This document shows, piece after piece, positions 55,967-64,000 of a stretch of 64,000 nucleotides of DNA. This DNA is from Thermodesulfobacteriota bacterium (GTDB lineage: Bacteria > Desulfobacterota_D > UBA1144 > Nemesobacterales > Nemesobacteraceae), in contig OZ241855.1 of the NCBI GenBank assembly GCA_965202785.1, forward strand, positions 384,001-448,000, read 5' to 3'. Made by a program: the position numbers and the translations under genes. Numbering within the stretch: position 1 is the stretch's first letter; each line of letters begins with the position of its first letter. The notes under the pieces are model-generated. The model was given only the letters and a program-made list of their open reading frames with translations, had not been told where the DNA came from and ran no database searches.

Positions 55967-57295
55967 ATGGAACTCGGCGAAAACAGATTCTTGGTCGTGG
56001 GGCTCGGGATAACCGGAGTAGAGACTTCAAAATTCCTCCGCTCCAAAGGAGCCCCGGCGAAGGCAACAGACTCGAGGGAGGCCGGGGAGCTCGGATCCGT
56101 GGTGGAAAAACTTGCGGCAGAGGGCATGGATATACGCTGCGGGACTCACGCACCCGAATTCTTCGAATGGGCCGATACGATAGTGCTGAGCCCCGGGGTA
56201 AGGTTCGATCTTCCCGAGATCAGAAACGCCCAGGCAGCAGGAAAAACGGTAATAAGCGAAATCGAGCTTGCGTGGAACTTCATATCAAAACCGGTAATAG
56301 GCATAACAGGAACAAACGGAAAGACAACGACCACGTCCCTTCTCTCGGAAATACTCGAACGAAGCGGAATGAAAATCTTTACGGGAGGAAATATAGGAAC
56401 GCCTCTTATATCGGTAGCTGAAAAAGACGACGAATACGATTTTCTGCTGCTTGAACTCAGCAGCTTCCAGCTCCAAGGAATAAAGGATTTCTCGCCCCAC
56501 GTCGCGGTGATCCTCAACATATCGCCGAACCACCTAGACCACCATTCGAGCATGGAGGAGTACGAAGCGGCTAAGCTCAGGCTTTTTGCAAACCAGAGAG
56601 AGAATGACTGGGCGGTATTCAATGCAGACGATCCGGCGGTGCTTAAGGGCTCAGACAGTTTCAGGGCGAAGAAAATATCTTTCGGAACCGGGCAGGACAA
56701 AACTGACGTCTACTGCAAAGAAGATGAGATAGTGTTCGGGGAGCTCTCCTTCCGTCTTCGGGACTCGGCACTTGTCGGAGAACATAACAAGGAAAACATA
56801 ATGGCCGCGGTGGCCGTCGCGGGAGTACTGGGCTGCGAGCGGGATCCGGTACAGAAAAGCATAAACGAATTCCGTCCGCTTCCGCACAGGATGGAGTTCG
56901 TGCTGACGATAAAGGGGGTGGATGTGTACAACGACTCAAAATCCACAACCCCTTTCGCCACTCTGAGAGCAATTGAGAGCCTGCCCTCCCCGATCATACT
57001 GGTTGCCGGAGGAAAGGACAAGGGAATCGACTACGGCTGCCTTAAGGACGCAGTGGCAAACAAGGTAAAAGCCCTGGTCCTTATAGGGGAGACAACAGAG
57101 AAAATGCGTGTCCAGCTAGGCGACCTGGCACAGACAACGTGCGCGGGTTCCCTGAAAGAGGCAACGCAAAGCGCCTTTGAACTGTCGGAGACCGGAGACA
57201 CGCTCCTGTTTTCGCCCGGGTGTTCAAGTTTTGACATGTTCAGCTCATACGAAGAAAGGGGAAATCTGTTTAAGGAGATCGTAAGAGATGTTTGA
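55967..57295 (+). CDS. murD: UDP-MurNAc-L-Ala:D-Glu ligase
   Basis: GLG.TG, SPGV, TGTNGKTTTT, GGNIG, ELSSFQL, HR.E, NDSKST, GGKDKG, SP..SSFD. Confidence 0.97.
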   Translation: MELGENRFLVVGLGITGVETSKFLRSKGAPAKATDSREAGELGSVVEKLAAEGMDIRCGTHAPEFFEWADTIVLSPGVRFDLPEIRNAQAAGKTVISEIELAWNFISKPVIGITGTNGKTTTTSLLSEILERSGMKIFTGGNIGTPLISVAEKDDEYDFLLLELSSFQLQGIKDFSPHVAVILNISPNHLDHHSSMEEYEAAKLRLFANQRENDWAVFNADDPAVLKGSDSFRAKKISFGTGQDKTDVYCKEDEIVFGELSFRLRDSALVGEHNKENIMAAVAVAGVLGCERDPVQKSINEFRPLPHRMEFVLTIKGVDVYNDSKSTTPFATLRAIESLPSPIILVAGGKDKGIDYGCLKDAVANKVKALVLIGETTEKMRVQLGDLAQTTCAGSLKEATQSAFELSETGDTLLFSPGCSSFDMFSSYEERGNLFKEIVRDV

Positions 57296-58397
57296 TTTCA
57301 AAAACAGGGATTTTGACATACTGCTCCTCGGGCTCGTCCTTATAGTGGCGGGAATCGGGGTGGTGGCCGTATACAACTCAAGTTCTATATACTCGCTTGA
57401 AACCTACAACAACTCGATGCGGTTTCTCAAATTCCACGTCATATACCTTCTCATTGGAATAACTGCCATGGTGACATTGATGCACGTGAAGCCGTCCTTT
57501 GTAAGAAAACTGGTTTACCCGGGTTACCTGCTCGGACTCGCTTTACTCATAGTCGTGCTTTTGCCTGAGATAGGAAAGGAGGTCGGCGGGGGGCGAAGAT
57601 GGATTTCGGTCTGGGGATTCTCTTTTCAGCCGTCTGAGTTCTGCAAGTACATGCTGGTCATCTACCTGGCGCACTTCCTGTTCAAGAAGGAGAACAAGAT
57701 GGACAGCTTCTGGGTCGGCATTTTTTCTCCCCTGCTTGCCGGTGGCGCCTACGTGGGACTTATTCTGGCCGGGCCGGACCTCGGAACCTCTTTCCTCGTT
57801 CTGGCAATTCTTTTCATAATGCTCTTTGTCGGAGGAGCAAAGCTCCGGTACCTGCTCAGCATCGGGATCGGGTCTGTGGGACTGCTCGCATTGGCTATCA
57901 TCAACGAGGGTTACAGAATGGAGAGAATAATGTCCTTTCTTGACCCGTGGAAAGACCCCCTAGGCTCTGGATACCAGGCTGTTCAGTCGTTCATGGCTTT
58001 TGGTCTCGGCGGATTATACGGGAGCGGGCTCGGAAACAGTTCCCAGAAGCTGCTTTTCCTTCCCCAGGCCCACACGGATTTTATCTTTTCGATAATAGGC
58101 GAGGAATTCGGATTCATAGGGGTAATAACATTAATCGTGCTTTTCATCATGATTCTGGCAAGGTGCGTAAGGATATCCATGCGGTCGGAAGATCCTTTCT
58201 CGAGATACATGGTATTCGGTTTCACGGCGCTCATAACGCTCCAGGCGGCACTTAACATGGGAGTTGCAGTAGGGCTTTTCCCCACCACGGGGCTGACGCT
58301 GCCTCTTGTAAGCTACGGAGGAAGCTCTCTTGTATCGACGCTTGCGGCGTTCGGAATCATCCTGAGCGTCTCTAGATTCAGTGCTAAGGAACAATGA
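57288..58397 (+). CDS. ftsW: SEDS peptidoglycan polymerase FtsW
   Basis: RWI...FSFQPSEF.K, PDLG, DPW.DP...GYQ, LPQAHTDFIF..IGEE.G, LPLVSYGGSS. Confidence 0.96.
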   Translation: MFDFKNRDFDILLLGLVLIVAGIGVVAVYNSSSIYSLETYNNSMRFLKFHVIYLLIGITAMVTLMHVKPSFVRKLVYPGYLLGLALLIVVLLPEIGKEVGGGRRWISVWGFSFQPSEFCKYMLVIYLAHFLFKKENKMDSFWVGIFSPLLAGGAYVGLILAGPDLGTSFLVLAILFIMLFVGGAKLRYLLSIGIGSVGLLALAIINEGYRMERIMSFLDPWKDPLGSGYQAVQSFMAFGLGGLYGSGLGNSSQKLLFLPQAHTDFIFSIIGEEFGFIGVITLIVLFIMILARCVRISMRSEDPFSRYMVFGFTALITLQAALNMGVAVGLFPTTGLTLPLVSYGGSSLVSTLAAFGIILSVSRFSAKEQ

Positions 58398-59461
58398 AAG
58401 TGATAATAGCCGGAGGAGGAACAGGAGGACATGTTTTTCCCGCAATATCAATCGCGGAGGAAATACTTGAGAGAAGCAGCGGAAACGAGGTTATGTTCGT
58501 GGGCACCGAACAGGGAATCGAAAAAAGGATTCTTTCAGAGAAGGGGTACAGAGCCGAATTCATAAAATCAAGGGGGATTGTAGGGAAAAGTTTCTCCCAG
58601 AAGGTGATAGCGGTGATTTCAATACTAGGAGCGATGCTGAGTTCCCTCAGGATACTCAGAGATTTCAGGCCCGATGTAGTTATAGGAGTCGGTGGATACG
58701 CCTCTGGGCCTACCCTGCTTTGCGCCTCCATGATCTCCATCCCTACCGCCGTTTGCGAACAGAACTCCGTCCCGGGGCTTGCCAACAGAATCCTCTCGAG
58801 GTTCGTCGGCAAGATATTCATAACTTTCGAAGAAAGCAAAGAGCATCTTCCGGCGAAAAAAACCGTGCTCACCGGAAATCCCATAAGACGTGATCTCGCA
58901 CGCGGGGCTGCGGAGAAAAAACCCCGTCAAAGCGCCAAGCGAAACGTATTCGTACTCGGAGGAAGCCAGGGGGCACGGAAACTGAACGAAATCGTCCCCC
59001 AGTCACTGGCAGAGCTCGGCACTCGGGTAGACGTGACCCATCAGACCGGGGAAGCCCACATAGAAAGCGTTAGGGAAACTTACCGTCAGCTCGGCATTTC
59101 GGCCGAAGTGTTCGGATTTACAGATGACATGTCGCGGATATATGAAAAAACGGATCTCGTGATCTGCAGGGCCGGCTCCGGAACGCTGTCCGAGATAACG
59201 GCGTTCGGCATACCGTCAATACTGATCCCGCTTGCCTCCTCCACGCACGACCATCAGTTGAAAAACGCCCGGATCCTAGAGTCAAACGCGGCGGCAGCAG
59301 TAATTGAGGAAAAGGAACTTTCGGTCGAAGGTCTTTGCACGGTTATTGAGAAAACCCTTGAGCAGGGCACCCTCGGCCGCATGGCGGAAAACTCGAAAAA
59401 GCTCGCGCGGCCACACGCCGCCCGAGAAATTGTAAACGAAATCGAGCATATAATCGGATAA
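58394..59461 (+). CDS. murG: Undecaprenyl-PP-MurNAc-pentapeptide GlcNAc transferase
   Basis: GGGTGGHVFP, GGYAS, EQN..PG.AN, GNPIR, GGSQGA, RAG. Confidence 0.97.
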   Translation: MKVIIAGGGTGGHVFPAISIAEEILERSSGNEVMFVGTEQGIEKRILSEKGYRAEFIKSRGIVGKSFSQKVIAVISILGAMLSSLRILRDFRPDVVIGVGGYASGPTLLCASMISIPTAVCEQNSVPGLANRILSRFVGKIFITFEESKEHLPAKKTVLTGNPIRRDLARGAAEKKPRQSAKRNVFVLGGSQGARKLNEIVPQSLAELGTRVDVTHQTGEAHIESVRETYRQLGISAEVFGFTDDMSRIYEKTDLVICRAGSGTLSEITAFGIPSILIPLASSTHDHQLKNARILESNAAAAVIEEKELSVEGLCTVIEKTLEQGTLGRMAENSKKLARPHAAREIVNEIEHIIG

Positions 59462-59465
59462 TCGA

Positions 59466-60833
59466 ATGTACGGCAAGATAAAGAAAGTTCATTTCATCGG
59501 TATAGGCGGCATAGGGATGAGCGGCATAGCCGAAGTGCTGATCAACATGGGTCTTGAGGTAAGCGGTTCCGACCTCGCGGAAACCCAGATAACGCAACGT
59601 TTGGCTTCCCTGGGAGCCGTCGTTCACACGGGTCACAGCTCGGAGAACATCAAAGGAAGCGAGGTGGTCGTATACTCATCGGCCATCAGGAAAGACAATC
59701 CCGAGATGATCGCCGCCGCCGCTGCCAGGGTTCCCCTCATACCCAGGGCGGAAATGCTCGCAGAACTGATGAGACTCAAGTTCGGCATCGCGGTCGCCGG
59801 AAGCCACGGAAAAACCACCACGTCCTCCATGATAGCGTCGGTGCTTTCCCACTGCGGTGCCGATCCAACCATAGTGGTAGGAGGAAAACTGCGGACCATA
59901 GATTCAAACGCTCACCTTGGAACTGGCCGTTTCATGGTAGTGGAAGCCGATGAAAGCGATGGATCATTCGAAAAACTCTCTCCTGTCGTCACGGTGCTCA
60001 CAAATATCGACAAAGAGCACCTTGATTACTACGGAGACATGAAGGCCCTTGAGCTTGCCTTCTCCAACTTCCTGCACAAAATTCCCTTCTACGGACTCGC
60101 AATAACATGCACCGACTGTCCGAGAACCGCAGAGATAAGCAGGAAATTCAACAAAAAAATACTGACTTACGGAATAAACAGCCCTGCGGACCTAATGGCC
60201 GAGAACATACGCTTTTCCAAGCTGAGAACTTCGTTTGAAGTGACATACGGAGGTTACCTGCTCGGAGAGGTGGATCTCAGCACTCTGGGAGCCCATAACG
60301 CTCTAAATTCCCTGGCCGCAATAGCCGTGGGAATGGAGTTCGGTTTCAGCTTCGAGAAGATAAAAGAGGGTCTTGCCGCCTTTGAGGGTACGGAAAGAAG
60401 ACTGCAGTTGAAAAGTGAGAGAAAAGGTGTAAGAATAATAGACGATTACGGGCATCACCCGAGTGAGCTGGAAGTCACCATAGAAGCTCTTAAAGCCGCA
60501 TTTTCCCAAGAACCGATTCTTCTCTTCCAGCCCCACAGATTTTCTAGGACAAAGCTTCTTTACAACGATTTCGTCAGGGTTTTAGGAAAAATAAAACACC
60601 TATACATTCTTGATATATATCCCGCCGGGGAAAAACCGGTAAAGGGAATAACTTCAGAAAAGCTGGTTGAAGACATAAAGAAGGCAGGCAATGCGAACGC
60701 ACGTCACGTGGATGACCCCGACGCTTTCGTGGACCGCATGGCAAACGAGCTCAAAAAAGGGGACATCCTGCTTACCTCGGGCGCCGGAAACGTCTGGAAG
60801 TACGGGGACAGGATCGCAGAACGGATCGTATGA
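59466..60833 (+). CDS. murC: UDP-MurNAc:L-Ala ligase
   Basis: HFIGIGGIGMSG, GSHGKTTT, EADESDGSF, DDYGHHP, FQPHR. Confidence 0.97.
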   Translation: MYGKIKKVHFIGIGGIGMSGIAEVLINMGLEVSGSDLAETQITQRLASLGAVVHTGHSSENIKGSEVVVYSSAIRKDNPEMIAAAAARVPLIPRAEMLAELMRLKFGIAVAGSHGKTTTSSMIASVLSHCGADPTIVVGGKLRTIDSNAHLGTGRFMVVEADESDGSFEKLSPVVTVLTNIDKEHLDYYGDMKALELAFSNFLHKIPFYGLAITCTDCPRTAEISRKFNKKILTYGINSPADLMAENIRFSKLRTSFEVTYGGYLLGEVDLSTLGAHNALNSLAAIAVGMEFGFSFEKIKEGLAAFEGTERRLQLKSERKGVRIIDDYGHHPSELEVTIEALKAAFSQEPILLFQPHRFSRTKLLYNDFVRVLGKIKHLYILDIYPAGEKPVKGITSEKLVEDIKKAGNANARHVDDPDAFVDRMANELKKGDILLTSGAGNVWKYGDRIAERIV

Positions 60834-61726
60834 GCAACTCAACTCAAAACAGCGACCTTGAAATACTGGACAACTACCCGATGAGGAAATATCTGTACAT
60901 AAAAGTCGGGGGGGAGGCGAAGCGCCTCGTGTATCCACAGAACACGAAAAGTTTCCTTGAACTGCTCAAGCGCTGCCACGAGTCGGGAGAGAAAGTCACC
61001 GTGCTCGGAGCCGGTTCCAACACCATAATAACCGAGCAGGGAATAGACGGCGTGGTCATAAGCACGAGGAAGCTAAAGGAAGTACGCATAGAGAGAACGC
61101 GCGTTGAAGCCGAATGCGGCGCAATGCTCTCATCCATAATGAACAGATCAATCCGTCTCGGACTCACAGGGTTTGAGTTTGCCGCCGGTATACCTGGAAC
61201 GGTCGGAGGAAGCATATACATGAACGCCGGGGCGAACGGGGGAGAGATAAAGGACGCGGTGAAAAAAGTTCACATATGGCACGAGGGTGAGGAAAAGGAA
61301 CTGTCAAGAGAAGAGATAAACTTCGAGTACAGGAAAAGCAATCTGCCCGAGGGTTCCATAGTCACGAAAGCCGTGTTCGAACTGCGCAGAGGAGACAGAA
61401 AGAAAAGCGAGGAAAACGTGAGACAGTATCTCGCGTACAGAAACAGGACCCAGCCTGTGAAAATGGCCAACACGGGTTCGGTTTTTAAGAATCCGCCTAC
61501 GGTCAGTGCAGGAGAACTGCTCGAGGGGTTGGGATTCAAGGGGCTTTGCGTCGGCGGAGCCAAGTTCTCGGAAATCCACGCGAATTTCATCGTGAACTTC
61601 AACAGAGCGAAAGCCGACGATATCATCGCACTCATTGAAAAAGCGAGGGAAGCCGCCTTGAAAAAACGGAACATAAATCTTGAGCCCGAAGTCGAAATAA
61701 TGGGCAGGGAGGCAGGAATCGTATGA
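60830..61726 (+). CDS. murB: UDP-N-acetylenolpyruvoylglucosamine reductase
   Basis: GG.A, G.GSN, GIPGTVGG...MNAGA, F.YR.S, GSVFKNP, HANFIVN, LEPEV. Confidence 0.96.
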   Translation: MSNSTQNSDLEILDNYPMRKYLYIKVGGEAKRLVYPQNTKSFLELLKRCHESGEKVTVLGAGSNTIITEQGIDGVVISTRKLKEVRIERTRVEAECGAMLSSIMNRSIRLGLTGFEFAAGIPGTVGGSIYMNAGANGGEIKDAVKKVHIWHEGEEKELSREEINFEYRKSNLPEGSIVTKAVFELRRGDRKKSEENVRQYLAYRNRTQPVKMANTGSVFKNPPTVSAGELLEGLGFKGLCVGGAKFSEIHANFIVNFNRAKADDIIALIEKAREAALKKRNINLEPEVEIMGREAGIV

Positions 61727-62424
61727 ACATCCTGACAAAGGGAATAGCGGCGGTCTTTTTCTTCTCGGTCTGCGGAATCGCTCTTTTCGCAATTGAGCCA
61801 TCGGAACATCTCACAGTGAAAGAGATTGTCATTACAGGAAACAGCAAGATAAGTTCTTCGGAAATCATAAAACGCTCTGGAATAAGAGCCGGGTCAACAT
61901 CTATGCTGCTTCCCACTTCCAAAGCAAAGCAGGAAATCCTTGAGAATCCATGGGTAAGCGAAGTACAGGTAAAGAAGCTTCTTCACGGAAAAATAAGAAT
62001 TGAGATCTACGAAGCCGAACCTTTCTGCATAGTGGCTCAAGGGGGAGCCGAGCCATACTACATAGACGCAAAGGGAAGGAAGCTAGGCGTAGCAGATCCG
62101 TCGCAAGGTCTTGATTTTCCGGTGATCTCGAGCAAGGAGGAAGTCAGTCCGGGTCTAATGCTCCAGGCAGTTGAGATTCTCAATCTCTCCAAGTCCAGTT
62201 CGGCTCTCGGCTGGTCGGAAATTTCTGAGATAGTGGTGGAAGAAAACTTCGGCATCAAGCTCTTAACCCTTGATCGCAGATTCGTAACCTTTGGAAAAAA
62301 CAACATGAAGACCAAGTGGCGCAAGGTTGAGAGAATAATAGTTCATTCACGCAAGAACAATCTGGTGGAAAAAGCTATAGACATAAGTTCGGGTGACGTA
62401 GGGGTAATAGGCTACGATTCCTAA
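61723..62424 (+). CDS. ftsQ: Cell division protein FtsQ
   Basis: TM followed by a POTRA-like domain (V..I.I.GN, PWV..V.V.K); position before ftsA. Confidence 0.8.
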   Translation: MNILTKGIAAVFFFSVCGIALFAIEPSEHLTVKEIVITGNSKISSSEIIKRSGIRAGSTSMLLPTSKAKQEILENPWVSEVQVKKLLHGKIRIEIYEAEPFCIVAQGGAEPYYIDAKGRKLGVADPSQGLDFPVISSKEEVSPGLMLQAVEILNLSKSSSALGWSEISEIVVEENFGIKLLTLDRRFVTFGKNNMKTKWRKVERIIVHSRKNNLVEKAIDISSGDVGVIGYDS

Positions 62425-62433
62425 CATCACAAA

Positions 62434-63672
62434 ATGGCGCAGAAAAAAAACAATTCGCTACCGATAGTTGGTCTCGACATAGGAACGACAAAAGTCTCCG
62501 TAGTGGTTGGGGAATCCGACCCAAGCGGTGAGATCGACATAATCGGCGTCGGTAACCACCCCTCCCACGGACTCAAAAGGGGGGTAGTGGTTAACATAGA
62601 GAAAACCGTGGACTCCATACAGAACGCGGTAGAGAAAGCCGAACAGATGTCCGGACATGAGATAACGGAGGTCATAGTAGGAATAGCCGGCGGGCATATA
62701 AAGGGAATGAACGGGCACGGAATGGTCACCCTGCGGGAAAAGGAGGTAACTTCCAAGGATATCGATAGAGTCATAGAATCGGCAAACGCCCTTCTGATTC
62801 CGGCGGAAAGAGAAATTATTCACGCCATCCCGCAGGAATACACGGTTGACAGGGAAAGCGGCATAAACGATCCGGTTGGTATCCACGGATTAAAACTTGA
62901 GGCAAACGTCCACATAGTCACTGGGGACGTGACCGCGGCTCGGAACATCGTAAAATGCATAGAGATGTCGGGGATGACTTCCGTTGACATGGTAATTGAG
63001 CAGATAGCTTCAAGCGAAGCGGTTCTTACGCATGACGAGAGGGAAATCGGGGTAGCGATGATAGATTTCGGAGGAGGCACCTGCGATATAGCGGTGTTTA
63101 TGAACGGAAGCGTTAAGTATACCGAAAGCATCACCCTCGGGGGAGACCATCTAGACAGGGATATCGCTTTTGGACTCTCCGTACCTCTCCCCGAGGCAAG
63201 AAGGCTCAAGGAAAATCACGGCGTGGCCACCCCCAAGTCGAATGAGATGATAAGCGACGACAGAATAGAGGTAGAAAGCGCTTCGGGACGCGAGCCCAAG
63301 CGTATTCTGAAAAAAGACCTTGCGACGATAATCCAATTGAGGATGGAGGAGATCTTTACTCTGATAAAAAAAGAATTCTTAAAGCAGGGGTTCATCGGCA
63401 TGCTTCCAGCCGGGGTGGTGCTTACGGGAGGAAGCAGCAAGATGCAGGAGATGGCGACTCTTGCCGAGCGGGTACTCGACATGCCGGTTCGCATCGGCAT
63501 ACCCCGCGACGTAAACGGTCTCACGGACATTATCACCGATCCCATATACTCAACCGGAGTGGGGCTGGTCAAATACGCAAGTTTGAATAAAGAACCCGGC
63601 GTTCCGGCAGGGGTGCTGACGCAGAAAAATGTTTTTACGAGAATGAAAGGATGGTTTAACGAATTTTTTTAA
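62434..63672 (+). CDS. ftsA: Cell division protein FtsA
   Basis: [17 protein letters not shown]...DI, VLTGG, RIG.P, C-terminal amphipathic helix ([10 protein letters not shown]). Confidence 0.97.
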   Translation: MAQKKNNSLPIVGLDIGTTKVSVVVGESDPSGEIDIIGVGNHPSHGLKRGVVVNIEKTVDSIQNAVEKAEQMSGHEITEVIVGIAGGHIKGMNGHGMVTLREKEVTSKDIDRVIESANALLIPAEREIIHAIPQEYTVDRESGINDPVGIHGLKLEANVHIVTGDVTAARNIVKCIEMSGMTSVDMVIEQIASSEAVLTHDEREIGVAMIDFGGGTCDIAVFMNGSVKYTESITLGGDHLDRDIAFGLSVPLPEARRLKENHGVATPKSNEMISDDRIEVESASGREPKRILKKDLATIIQLRMEEIFTLIKKEFLKQGFIGMLPAGVVLTGGSSKMQEMATLAERVLDMPVRIGIPRDVNGLTDIITDPIYSTGVGLVKYASLNKEPGVPAGVLTQKNVFTRMKGWFNEFF

Positions 63673-63700
63673 GGGAAAAATCCAACCGGAGGGTAAACAT

Positions 63701-64000
63701 ATGGCAAGTTTTAGGATTGAGAATGTTGATGATGGCTTCGGAAGAGCCAGAATCAAGGTTGTAGGAACAGGTGGGGCCGGCGGAAACGCCGTAAACACCA
63801 TGATAAGCAGAGGACTTAAAGAAGTGGAGTTCATCGCCGTAAACACGGATTTCCAGGATCTAGGCAAATCACTGGCGCCGACGCAACTCCAGATAGGAGA
63901 GAGTATATCGAGGGGTCTCGGTTCCGGGGGAAATCCCCAGATGGCAAAGGAAGCCGCTCTTGAAGACCGAGAGAAGATAGCAGAGGCTCTCGGAGAGGCC
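63701..64000 (+). CDS. ftsZ: Cell division protein FtsZ, 3'-truncated by the window edge
   Basis: Translated by hand: [35 protein letters not shown]...FIAVNTD...GLGSGGNP. Confidence 0.96.
   Translation, partial: MASFRIENVDDGFGRARIKVVGTGGAGGNAVNTMISRGLKEVEFIAVNTDFQDLGKSLAPTQLQIGESISRGLGSGGNPQMAKEAALEDREKIAEALGEA

Overview
Gene-dense, mostly housekeeping bacterial chromosome segment. The gene style and order (lgt-trkA-trkH, TPR-aroQ-recJ, DUF4911-murJ, dcw cluster with PASTA-bearing FtsI and no ddl) suggest a deltaproteobacteria-like lineage such as Ca. Dadabacteria; this is inference only. Contents in order: 3' part of an AapJ-type amino-acid binding protein, a dipeptide/oligopeptide ABC operon, ilvD, coaBC, vapBC, a Zn-dehydrogenase/LsrF-like aldolase pair, an orphan BMP lipoprotein, bioB-bioA-bioF, a secreted tandem Cache-like protein with a Cys-containing C-terminal sorting signal, aldehyde dehydrogenase plus a BadI-like crotonase, prs-rplY-pth-hppA, rpsF-rpsR-rplI-thi4, a DUF6775-like protein, RidA, DegP, a flavin monooxygenase, an acyl-CoA synthetase, def, a large nitroreductase-like unknown, aroE, ribF, trkH/trkA, lgt, SPFH, recJ, aroQ, a TPR protein, murJ, and the dcw cluster from mraZ to the start of ftsZ. 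I found no rRNA, tRNA, CRISPR array or transposase. Most notable observations: (1) an output-less, surface-sorted Cache-type sensor protein with a Met/Pro/Glu linker; (2) a biotin cluster lacking any pimelate-supply gene, close to a BadI-like (pimeloyl-CoA-forming) hydrolase; (3) bioB apparently starting at ATA and fused in frame to a decayed nucleoside deoxyribosyltransferase fragment; (4) a Cys-type, archaeal-like THI4 appended to the S6/S18/L9 operon and facing an archaeal-type DUF6775 gene. All family assignments come from motif recognition by eye; no database searches were run.
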